The position numbers and the translations under genes were made by a program. 64,000 bases of DNA. Origin: Thermoanaerobaculia bacterium. Lineage in GTDB: Bacteria; Acidobacteriota; Thermoanaerobaculia; Multivoradales; Multivoraceae. The stretch spans positions 4,864,001-4,928,000 of the forward strand of contig OY761158.1 in the NCBI GenBank assembly GCA_963664405.1, written 5' to 3'. A model generated the notes under the pieces. It ran no database searches, was not told the origin of the DNA, and saw only the letters and a program-made list of their open reading frames with translations. Shown here one piece after another: positions 48,243 through 56,300 of the stretch. Position 1 is the first letter of the stretch. Each line of letters starts with the position of its first letter.

Positions 48243-49298
48243 ATGATGAACATCCATGTTGTCAGAATCGGTACGGCGCTCGCCTTCGTTGCAAGCTTCA
48301 GCGCCGCCAGCGTGTTCGCGCAGGCGCCGCCGGCACGGGACTTCGATGCTGAGATCCGAGACGCCGTGCAATCGGCCAAGACCGCCGCCGGATTCGAGTT
48401 TCTCGGCACCCTGAGCCGGCTCTGCCTGTTGCCGCAGAGCCGCGCAGCCAATACCACCGACAGTCTGCCGCCCTGGGTCGCCGACCCCACCCTCATTCCG
48501 CCCCGCGAGGAGTGGTACGCGGACTCGGCGCGGGTCTTCGACAACCTCTACTTCGTGGGCGGCAAGATCCACACTTCGTGGGCGCTGGTGACCAGCGAGG
48601 GGATCATCATCATCGACACGATCTTTCCCTTCAACTCCGAGGAGCTGATTGTCGGTGGCCTGGTGCGGCAGGGGCTCGACCCGAACGACATCAAATACGT
48701 CATCATCTCCCACGCGCACGGTGACCACATCGGCGGCGCCAAGATGCTGCAGGATCGCTTCGACGCCCGCGTCGTCATGGGCGGACTCGACTGGGATCTG
48801 GTCGAGACCTACCCCAACCGCTATAAGACGATGGCGCCGAGCCGCGACATCGTTGCCGGCGACGGCATGGAGATCACCCTCGGCGAGACGACCGTGACCC
48901 TGTGGGAGACTCCTGGCCACACTCCGGGGACGCTGTCCTACACCTTTAGCGTGCTCGACAACGGCCGGCCGGTGAGCGTCGCCTATTCGGGTGGCACCGC
49001 GTTCAACTTCGAGAACATCACGCCGGATCCGGGCATCCGCAACTTCCAGACCTATATCGAGTCGCAGCAGCACATCGCCGCCCAGGCGGCGGCCACCGGC
49101 GCAACCGTCATCCTGTCGAACCACACCGAGTTCGACGGCGCGGTGATGAGGAACCGAATGCTCGCCGGGCGTGGAGACGGCCCGCACCCCTACGAGCTCG
49201 GAACGGAATGGGTCCGGCGCTACTTCGAGGTCATGCAGAGCTGCGCCAGGGCCGCGCAGCTGAGGCTGGAGCAGCAGCTTGCAGAGAGGTCTCAGTGA
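48243..49298 (+). CDS. Secreted MBL-fold hydrolase (subclass B3-like)
   Basis: VFDNLYFVG, HAHGDH, GHTPG, SNH. Confidence 0.85.
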   Translation: MMNIHVVRIGTALAFVASFSAASVFAQAPPARDFDAEIRDAVQSAKTAAGFEFLGTLSRLCLLPQSRAANTTDSLPPWVADPTLIPPREEWYADSARVFDNLYFVGGKIHTSWALVTSEGIIIIDTIFPFNSEELIVGGLVRQGLDPNDIKYVIISHAHGDHIGGAKMLQDRFDARVVMGGLDWDLVETYPNRYKTMAPSRDIVAGDGMEITLGETTVTLWETPGHTPGTLSYTFSVLDNGRPVSVAYSGGTAFNFENITPDPGIRNFQTYIESQQHIAAQAAATGATVILSNHTEFDGAVMRNRMLAGRGDGPHPYELGTEWVRRYFEVMQSCARAAQLRLEQQLAERSQ

Positions 49299-49352
49299 TG
49301 GGCTCCGCGAAAGCCAGGGCTGCGAGGGCTGAGCGCAGATGGGTCGAAGTGC

Positions 49353-49714
49353 TCAAGGCTTGGCCACTTTGTCAGCCATTCGGGAAGTGACCCAGTCCAG
49401 GATCACGCGATTGTAGTCCTCTCCCTTCCGGGACGAATCTCCGCCGAACTTCGCAACATCGAAGCGTGTCGGTGAGTGCCGGTCGCACTTGGAGTCTGGA
49501 AGCGCCGGGCCCGGCATGTGCGCGCGAGAGAGCGGTAGAACTCGTAGTGCCACTCGTCGGCGGACTCGGACTCGATCAGCTGGATCCGCTCCGTGGTGAA
49601 AGGCGGCGCCCCCGCATCTTCCTGGGCGCCAGCCGGGGTCAGCCCCATCAGCAGAAGGAGGCCTCCTGCAGTTGCGATTCGCAGGGCAGGGCTCGCGACT
49701 TCAGGCATTGCCAT
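49353..49714 (-). pseudogene. Probable internally deleted secreted protein
   Basis: Good signal peptide plus WHYEFYR, then a frame switch to a short C-terminal-looking segment. Confidence 0.4.
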
Positions 49715-49814
49715 GTTGCACCGCGCTTTCCGGATTTGGTGAGAGTTGGAGATCGATTCTAACCCGGAGCCAGGGGGAAAGTCGGCTCAGGCTCGCGGAC
49801 GGAGCGGATTGTTT

Positions 49815-49842
49815 GTAACTTCCTCTGTCGCTTTCTCGTTCT
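49815..49842 (+). promoter_or_regulatory. ECF-type promoter matching the sigma autoregulatory promoter
   Basis: AACTTCCTCT-N6-TTCTCGT at 49817-49839, the same pattern as 32017-32039 (minus strand). Confidence 0.65.
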
Positions 49843-49859
49843 ACTTAGAAAGGAGAGCT

Positions 49860-51224
49860 ATGCCCAGTCCGGAACCGCGGATGCATCGTCGATCGGTCTT
49901 CTGGAATCTTCTGCTGATCGCTTCTTTCGTCGCCGCCAGTGTTTCGCTGCTGACCACCGGCCTGGGGCTTGGACGATATCTGCCCTCACTGCTGGCCTGG
50001 CCGCTGGCGCTGGCGGTTCAGATGGGCCTTTTCGGGCTCGCCTGGCTGATCGCGGTCGGGCAGGTGCGGCTGCGCGCGCTGGTGATCGCGCTCTACTGCC
50101 TGACGATGCCCTTCTCGGTGGTCTTCTCCTACGTCATGCTGCAGAGCGAGTTCACTTCTCAGATCCGACCCGAAGAAGCACAGCGCGAGCTCTTTGACGA
50201 TCTGCGTCAACGCTCCGCCGCGGTGTCGAAGGAGATCGACCGCAGCCTCGCCGAGAGCGACGAGATCCGTCTGCGCCTCGCCTCGTGGCTGGCGATGGAG
50301 AAGGACGACGGGTGGACGACTTCGACCTGTGACGAGAACGACCACTGCTACCTCGCCGCAGTCTGCGAGCGCACCCAGCGGAAGATCGACAACTGGGAGC
50401 AGACGACCGGTCTGCAATATCGGCAGGGCCCGGGCGAGGCGTTGATCTACGGCGCTCTCGCGACCGAGGGGCAGGCGATCGAGCAGGTGGCGACGAATCT
50501 TCGCGACGCCCGTGAGAGCTGGCTCGCCAAGGGTGAAGACCTCTTCGAGGCCGGCCTCGATAACCGGGAGCGTTTGCGGCGCTTCGATCTCGCCTTGGCA
50601 GGTCTTCCCAGCCACGACCTCGAAGCGGTGCGATGCGAGGCCCTGGCGCTACCGACGTCGCCGCCCTACGAGAGATTCGCGCGCGACGATGCCCTCTCGG
50701 AAGAGAGGCCGGTCTACGCCTTCGAGGATCTGGTCCGGATCTTTGATCTCTCCTACAGCTTCACTCGTTCGGACTATCCGACGGTGTTCGCTTTCTTCCT
50801 GGCTGTGTTTATCGATCTCTTCGTGCTCCTTGTCGCGATCGGCGCTGCCGTCTTGGAGCACGCCGAGCCGGAAGGCGGACCGAGCTATCCGATGGTCCAG
50901 CCGGTGCCGCCGGAGTGGGGAGAGGCTCTGCACCGTGACATCACGTCGTGGATCGACGGCGCTCTGCTGCATGCCCGTGAGGGCGCGGGCGACCGTCGGG
51001 CTTTTCTTCTCGGAGTGGTCGACGCGCTGCGTTTCGATCGCGGCAAGAAGGCCCTGCTGGTGCCGAAGGATGTCCGCGAGAGCCGCTTCGGTTTTCTGAT
51101 GGCGAGCTCGCGGGCGGCGACCCCCGCCGAGATCAAGGGTGACGAGGGTACCGAGGTGACCTTTGTGCTCGAAGACTGGGTCTATCCCGCGCTCGCCCGC
51201 TACCTCACGAGCGAGTCTGCCTAG
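49860..51224 (+). CDS. Multi-pass membrane protein (3 TM, Cys-containing external domain, 1 TM)
   Basis: AGGAG RBS; hydropathy pattern; function unknown. Confidence 0.75.
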   Translation: MPSPEPRMHRRSVFWNLLLIASFVAASVSLLTTGLGLGRYLPSLLAWPLALAVQMGLFGLAWLIAVGQVRLRALVIALYCLTMPFSVVFSYVMLQSEFTSQIRPEEAQRELFDDLRQRSAAVSKEIDRSLAESDEIRLRLASWLAMEKDDGWTTSTCDENDHCYLAAVCERTQRKIDNWEQTTGLQYRQGPGEALIYGALATEGQAIEQVATNLRDARESWLAKGEDLFEAGLDNRERLRRFDLALAGLPSHDLEAVRCEALALPTSPPYERFARDDALSEERPVYAFEDLVRIFDLSYSFTRSDYPTVFAFFLAVFIDLFVLLVAIGAAVLEHAEPEGGPSYPMVQPVPPEWGEALHRDITSWIDGALLHAREGAGDRRAFLLGVVDALRFDRGKKALLVPKDVRESRFGFLMASSRAATPAEIKGDEGTEVTFVLEDWVYPALARYLTSESA

Positions 51225-51535
51225 CCGCCTCATCAGCCCCTTCTTCGTTGGTGGTCGCGTACGCCACGAAGGGCGCAACAACGGCGCCGGTAATGGCGAG
51301 GGTCAGAACGAGCCAGGCGAGAAGGCGGAGGCGCTCCGAGCCGCCTGCTGAGAGGGTCATGATGGTGCCGGATATGACGCCGGTTGACGCCGCCGTGCCC
51401 ATTGAGATGCTGCCGACGGAGACCGTCCCGAGAGCGATGCCACCCAGGGCCACAAGTAGCCCCATCGTGATGCCTGCGATCGAGATCAGGCCTGCTCCGA
51501 TCCCGGCGATCGTAATACCGCCGACGGCGAAGCCC
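51205..51535 (-). pseudogene. 3' remnant of a Gly-rich membrane protein
   Basis: GFAVGGITIAGIGAGLISIAGITMGLLVALGGIALG...; no plausible 5' end. Confidence 0.45.
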
Positions 51536-51539
51536 GGAC

Positions 51540-52097
51540 GAGCTCGCCGGCAAGATCGCGCTGATCGATCGTGGCGGCTGCGCGTTCACCGACAAGGTGG
51601 CGAACGCCCAGGCAGCGGGTGCCGTCGGCGCCATCATCGTAAACAACGCCGGCAACACAGTGTTCGACATGGCCGGCGACAATCCGGAGATCGTCATTCC
51701 GTCGGTGATGGTGGGTAGCCGAGATGGAAATCGCATTCGTCAGGAAGCCTGTGGCGAGAGCGCGGCCTATTTCTTGGGTGATCGCTTTCAGGTCACCGCA
51801 GCCTGGCGCGCCGCCAACGGGACCTCCGGCGAAGGCCAGGCTGTGGAGCTCACCGACCAGTCCGGCTACTTCTACTTCTTCAACGAGGAGAACATCGAGA
51901 TCACGATCAAGATGCTCGATGCCTGCGAGATTGGGAGCTTCAACAGCTTCTGGTTCTTCGGTGCGGCGATGACCGACGTCGAGGTGGCCCTGACGGTGGT
52001 CGACACCCAGAGCGGCCTGACCAAGACCTACTCGAACGAGCTCAAGACGCCCTTCGATCCGATCTTGGACACGTCGGCCTTCGCGACCTGTCCCTAG
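51540..52097 (+). pseudogene. 3' remnant: PA domain plus conserved C-terminal domain
   Basis: LAGKIALIDRGGCAFTDKVANAQAAGAVGAIIVNN; in-frame TAA at 51513; no signal peptide or peptidase domain. Confidence 0.75.
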
Positions 52098-52272
52098 ACC
52101 AGCGTTTCCAAAGTTCGCGCACATATCTCGGCCCCTTCTGCTCGCTGGCGGCGTTGGCTAGGCGCCCCCCCGCTCCTCGACATATTGCCCAATATGCTTG
52201 CGTCGGCGCGCCTTGCCAGCAAACAGAATGACCTCGAGCTTATGTACACGAACTTTGGAAACGCTGGTCTAG
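52094..52272. mobile_element. MITE-like non-autonomous element with CTAG ends
   Basis: 24-bp perfect terminal inverted repeat CTAGACCAGCGTTTCCAAAGTTCG (30/32 when extended); no transposase. Confidence 0.8.
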
Positions 52273-52351
52273 GTAGCTCGGCCGATCCAAACCGGGTACG
52301 CGCCCGTCTCGTGAAAGAGGCGGGTGCGGCCCTGCCGGACTTCGTCAGTCG

Positions 52352-52450
52352 CTATTCGGCTGCGATCCGATAGAGGTGGCCTCGGGTGCGGACGAAGATG
52401 TCGTCGCCGGCGATCGCCGGGGTGGCGAGCAGATCGAGGTCCAACGATGA
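52352..52450 (-). pseudogene. 3' remnant of a PQQ-like beta-propeller gene
   Basis: LLATPAIAGDDIFVRTRGHLYRI*. Confidence 0.55.
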
Positions 52451-52550
52451 ATGGCCCGTAGTCGTGGCAGCCACGCTAAAATAGCGGGGTCGAGACCCAG
52501 AACGCTGCGGAATGATCGGGGAGCACTTCTTGTTCGAAAGAGCAGCTACC

Positions 52551-53183
52551 ATGCAACGACGTTGCCAACAGGCCCTTGTGGCGGCGCTGCTCACGGCCGT
52601 CCTCGGCTCCGTCCTGACCGGTTGTGCGAGCTCGACCACGCCGGGCGCTCCGTCGCCCAGCCCGGCCGCAGTGTCTCCACCTTCTCCGCCTACAGCGTCT
52701 CCACCGTCCCCTCCGAGCGGCGGTACTTCGCCCTCGACGGGTTCGGCCAAAGCGAAGGCGGGTCGGGCGCCCTCACCTTCGGGTGCTTCGACCGCGGATG
52801 AGCGCGTGGCGTCTCTCGACGGTGAGCTACGGGCATCGCTGGATGAGTTCGACGAGAAGCTGTTGAAAGACCAGAAGGTGCAGGCCGAGCAGCGTGAGGC
52901 CGCCGCCGCTGGAGCAGGGCTAGGGGGTAGCGGCTTCGAGGCGGGTTCCACCGCGGCCGGAGCCGGCGGTGCGGCCGGACTTTCTTCGGCGCCCGAGCTC
53001 GACGGGGCTACCCGCGAAGCGCGCACTCCCGAGAATGTCGGTGATGGTCATGACGACGACGTGGTCGCTCGCCAGCTCAGGGAGGCCGCCCAGCGCGAAC
53101 AGAACCCGGGACTCCGAGAGAAGATCTGGGAAGAATATCGACAGTACAAGGCGGCTACCACGAAGTCGCGCAAAGAAGCCTGA
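52551..53183 (+). CDS. Lipoprotein (operon gene 1)
   Basis: Lipobox LTGC, P/S-rich linker, LDGELRASLDEFD, DDDVVARQLREAA..E..P.LREKIWEEYRQYK. Confidence 0.8.
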   Translation: MQRRCQQALVAALLTAVLGSVLTGCASSTTPGAPSPSPAAVSPPSPPTASPPSPPSGGTSPSTGSAKAKAGRAPSPSGASTADERVASLDGELRASLDEFDEKLLKDQKVQAEQREAAAAGAGLGGSGFEAGSTAAGAGGAAGLSSAPELDGATREARTPENVGDGHDDDVVARQLREAAQREQNPGLREKIWEEYRQYKAATTKSRKEA

Positions 53184-53194
53184 GTACCTTCGTT

Positions 53195-54415
53195 ATGCGT
53201 CGACAGCGTCTCGCTCTTCTTTCCGCTCTTCTTCTCGTGGCCAGCGCCGCCTGGGGAGCCGCCGACAAGGACCTCTTCGTCGAGGCGATACAGGCCTCTT
53301 TCGAGGTGCCTGAAGATCAGCTTCTCGACGTGGGTGTTCGCATCCTTTCGCCGGGTCTTCCCGAGGACGACCCGGGGGCCAAGGAAGACAAGGGTGTTTT
53401 CGAGGATCTCCGAAAATCCGAGTCCCGCTTCATTCCCTTCCACCTCGCCGATACTTTGCAGTCGACCGGGCATTGGGGAGCGGTTCGGGTCATTCCTGAC
53501 GGACTTCGCAGCGTTGACGTCCTGATCAGCGGCGAGATCCTTGCCTCGAACGGCCGTGAGCTTCTCGTTCGCCTACGCGCCGAGGACGCGACGGGCCGAA
53601 AGTGGTTCGAGCGCAAATATCAAGACATCGCTTCGTCCGCGGACTACCGCGACGATGCGGCGGCGGGCGGCGAGCCTCATCAGACCCTCTACAACCAGTT
53701 CGCCAATGACCTCCTCGTCGCCCGCGGCGGGATCAAGCCGGATCAGCTCCGGGAGATCCACACCGTGTCGCGGCTGCGTTTCGCCGCCGACCTGGCGCCG
53801 GACCCTTTCGCCGGATATCTCGAGATCAACAGGAAGGGGCGCGTAAAGGTTGTTCACGTGCCCGCCCAGGACGATCCGATGATGGCTCGCGTCGACGAGA
53901 TTCGAGAGCGCGATCACATGCTGGTGGATGCACTCAACGAGTACTACGCAACCTTCTACTCGCAGATGGACCGCCCCTACGATGAATGGCGCTCGTTCAG
54001 CTACGACGAGGAAATGACCATGCGAAAGCTCCGTCACCAGGCACGGATGCAGAAGCTGATCGGACTGGCGGCGATTCTTGGCGCCGCTGTTGCGCCAGGC
54101 AACAGCACGGCCGCTTCGGCTGGGCGAACCACCGCCGCTGTTGTGGGCTCCATGGTCCTGAGTAATGGCATGTCGACGAGCCCCGAGGTGAAGATGCACA
54201 TCGAGGCGATCCGCGAGCTGGCGGGCTCGTTCGACCAGGAGATGACACCCCTTCTCGTCGAAGTCGACGGCCAGACACTGAAGCTCTCGGGCTCGGCCGA
54301 GTCTCAGTTCGAGGAATGGCGCGAGCTGCTGCGAAAGCTGTTCGCCGCCGAAACCGGAGTCGAAGTCGATGCGAACACCGGGGAGCCGATCGCTGGAACC
54401 AGTGACGGAGTCTGA
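53195..54415 (+). CDS. Secreted hypothetical protein (operon gene 2)
   Basis: Signal peptide AWG-A; alpha/beta N-domain; Gly/Ala-rich hydrophobic hairpin near the C-terminus. Confidence 0.8.
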   Translation: MRRQRLALLSALLLVASAAWGAADKDLFVEAIQASFEVPEDQLLDVGVRILSPGLPEDDPGAKEDKGVFEDLRKSESRFIPFHLADTLQSTGHWGAVRVIPDGLRSVDVLISGEILASNGRELLVRLRAEDATGRKWFERKYQDIASSADYRDDAAAGGEPHQTLYNQFANDLLVARGGIKPDQLREIHTVSRLRFAADLAPDPFAGYLEINRKGRVKVVHVPAQDDPMMARVDEIRERDHMLVDALNEYYATFYSQMDRPYDEWRSFSYDEEMTMRKLRHQARMQKLIGLAAILGAAVAPGNSTAASAGRTTAAVVGSMVLSNGMSTSPEVKMHIEAIRELAGSFDQEMTPLLVEVDGQTLKLSGSAESQFEEWRELLRKLFAAETGVEVDANTGEPIAGTSDGV

Positions 54416-56300
54416 GCCCGGCGAGCTGAGAGTCGGCGGCGTTCTCGGCGAGCGCTTCAGGCTGGTGCGGCGTCTCGGCTCGAGCGTCATGGCCGAGGTC
54501 TGGGTCGTCGCGGACACGGCCGGCGATCGCGAGCTGGTGGCAAAGATCGTCGGACCTGGATCCGCCGCGGGGAGCCTCGAGCTTCTCGAACGGGAACATC
54601 GGTTGCAAAGTAGGTTCGACCATCCCCATGTGCTCGCTGTCGAGGGCTTCCAGCCCAGCTCCCAGTACACGATTCTGACCTTCCTCTACCTCGAAGGTGG
54701 CGATCTCAGGAGCCTCCGCGGCGCGGAGCCGCAACGTGTCGTAGAGCGCGTGCTGCCGATCGTTGAAGCGTTGGAGGTACTCCACGCCGGCGGAGTCATT
54801 CATCGCGACCTCAAGCCGGAGAACATTCTCCTCGACGCGGCCGGCACCCCCTACCTCTCGGACTTCGGAATCGCGGGTGAGGTCACGCCGGCTGAGGGCG
54901 AGCGAGAGATTCGAGCGGGTGGCTCCCGCGCCTACGCCAGCCCGCAGCAGCTCGCCGGCGAGCCCTCTCTCCCGAGCGACGATCTCTTTGCTCTCGGAGC
55001 CCTCCTCTACGAGCTCCTTTCAGGCGAGCTGCCCTTCGGTTCCGGCTCTTTCGACGAGCGCTCGCAGGAGCTCGATCCGCTTCCCGGAGCGGCGCGGGCG
55101 CTGCACCCTCTGGTCGCTTCACTGCTGTCACCTGCTCGGATGAATCGACCGGTGTCGGCGACCGTCGTCGCCGAGGAGCTTCGTCTCTACCTGGAAAGTG
55201 TGCCGGCGGCTGCCGCGAAACCGGCGGCCGCGCAGCCGGCGGCCCCGTTTCCGGTGAGTCGTGTTCGGCCGACTGGAGGACGAGGGAAGCGAGGGCTCGT
55301 CGGGGCAGCCCTTGTTCTTCTCGTTGGAGCTACCGCGGTCGTCTTTCTGGTGCTCCCGGATTGGGCGGCACGGAGACCAGAGCCAACATTGAGCGCGGCT
55401 TCATCCGCGCCAGGGGTAGCCGCCGGGGATACCGGGATCTCGGCCGCTTCCGAGCCAGCGACGGCGGTCGAGGAGATCGCTGCGCAAGAACCTCCGTCGG
55501 CTCCGCGCGAGGCCTCCGCGGTCCCGGCATCTCCGCGTCCCCGAGACACGCGCTGGATCGAGCCGCCGTCGCGTGTCGAGCGCGGAGCGCCACCCGCCGA
55601 TCCCTTTAGAGATGCCATGTCTGAAGGGCACGAGGCACTCTCGGCGGAGGAGTGGGGTCGCGCCAAAGCAGCGTTCGAAAGTGCTCGATCGCTCGACAGA
55701 AGCTCTTCCGCCGCCGCGGACGGGCTGCGCCGGGCGCAAGCAGGCGCTCAGGAGGAAGAGCTTCAGGTGTTGTCGCAGAGGGCCCTCGAAGCCGAGCGCG
55801 GGGAGGAGTGGCGAGCAGCCGCGGCAGCCTATGAGGCGGCGCTGGCGCTCGATCCGTCGGTTCGCTTTGCGCAGGAAGGTCGACGGCGATCGATGAGAAG
55901 AGCAGAGGTCGACGACGCTTTCCGCCTCTACCTGGAACGACCCGACCGTCTCGCGGAGCCGGCCGTGGCGGCGGAGGCGAGTGCCACGCTCGACGAGGCC
56001 GACAACATCGAAGCCCTCGTCGGCACTCGGCTCGCCGGACAGCGCGAGGATCTGCGAGAGGCCCTTCTCAGCGCAAGTCACCCGGTGGTGGTGACGCTGC
56101 TTTCGGATCAGGAGACCGAAGTCACGGTGTATCGAGTCGGCACCCTCGGTAGCTTTGACACTCATACCCTCGAGCTGCGGCCCGGGAACTACACCGTCGT
56201 CGGAATGCGGCGCGGGTATCGCGATGTCCGTCACCGGCTCGTGGTCTCGGCGGAGGGGCCCCCACCGCCCTTACAAGTACGATGTGAGGAGAGACTGTGA
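54402..56300 (+). CDS. Membrane Ser/Thr kinase with TPR-like external region and C-terminal PEGA-like domain (gene 3)
   Basis: VAK, HRDLKPEN, DFG, YASPQQ; TM; LELRPGNYTVVG.R.GYRDVR. Confidence 0.88.
   Translation: MTESEPGELRVGGVLGERFRLVRRLGSSVMAEVWVVADTAGDRELVAKIVGPGSAAGSLELLEREHRLQSRFDHPHVLAVEGFQPSSQYTILTFLYLEGGDLRSLRGAEPQRVVERVLPIVEALEVLHAGGVIHRDLKPENILLDAAGTPYLSDFGIAGEVTPAEGEREIRAGGSRAYASPQQLAGEPSLPSDDLFALGALLYELLSGELPFGSGSFDERSQELDPLPGAARALHPLVASLLSPARMNRPVSATVVAEELRLYLESVPAAAAKPAAAQPAAPFPVSRVRPTGGRGKRGLVGAALVLLVGATAVVFLVLPDWAARRPEPTLSAASSAPGVAAGDTGISAASEPATAVEEIAAQEPPSAPREASAVPASPRPRDTRWIEPPSRVERGAPPADPFRDAMSEGHEALSAEEWGRAKAAFESARSLDRSSSAAADGLRRAQAGAQEEELQVLSQRALEAERGEEWRAAAAAYEAALALDPSVRFAQEGRRRSMRRAEVDDAFRLYLERPDRLAEPAVAAEASATLDEADNIEALVGTRLAGQREDLREALLSASHPVVVTLLSDQETEVTVYRVGTLGSFDTHTLELRPGNYTVVGMRRGYRDVRHRLVVSAEGPPPPLQVRCEERL

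Noticed and set aside
48243-49298. Bona fide antibiotic-resistance beta-lactamase
   Set aside because: B3-like motifs are present, but the family is broad; activity cannot be inferred from sequence.
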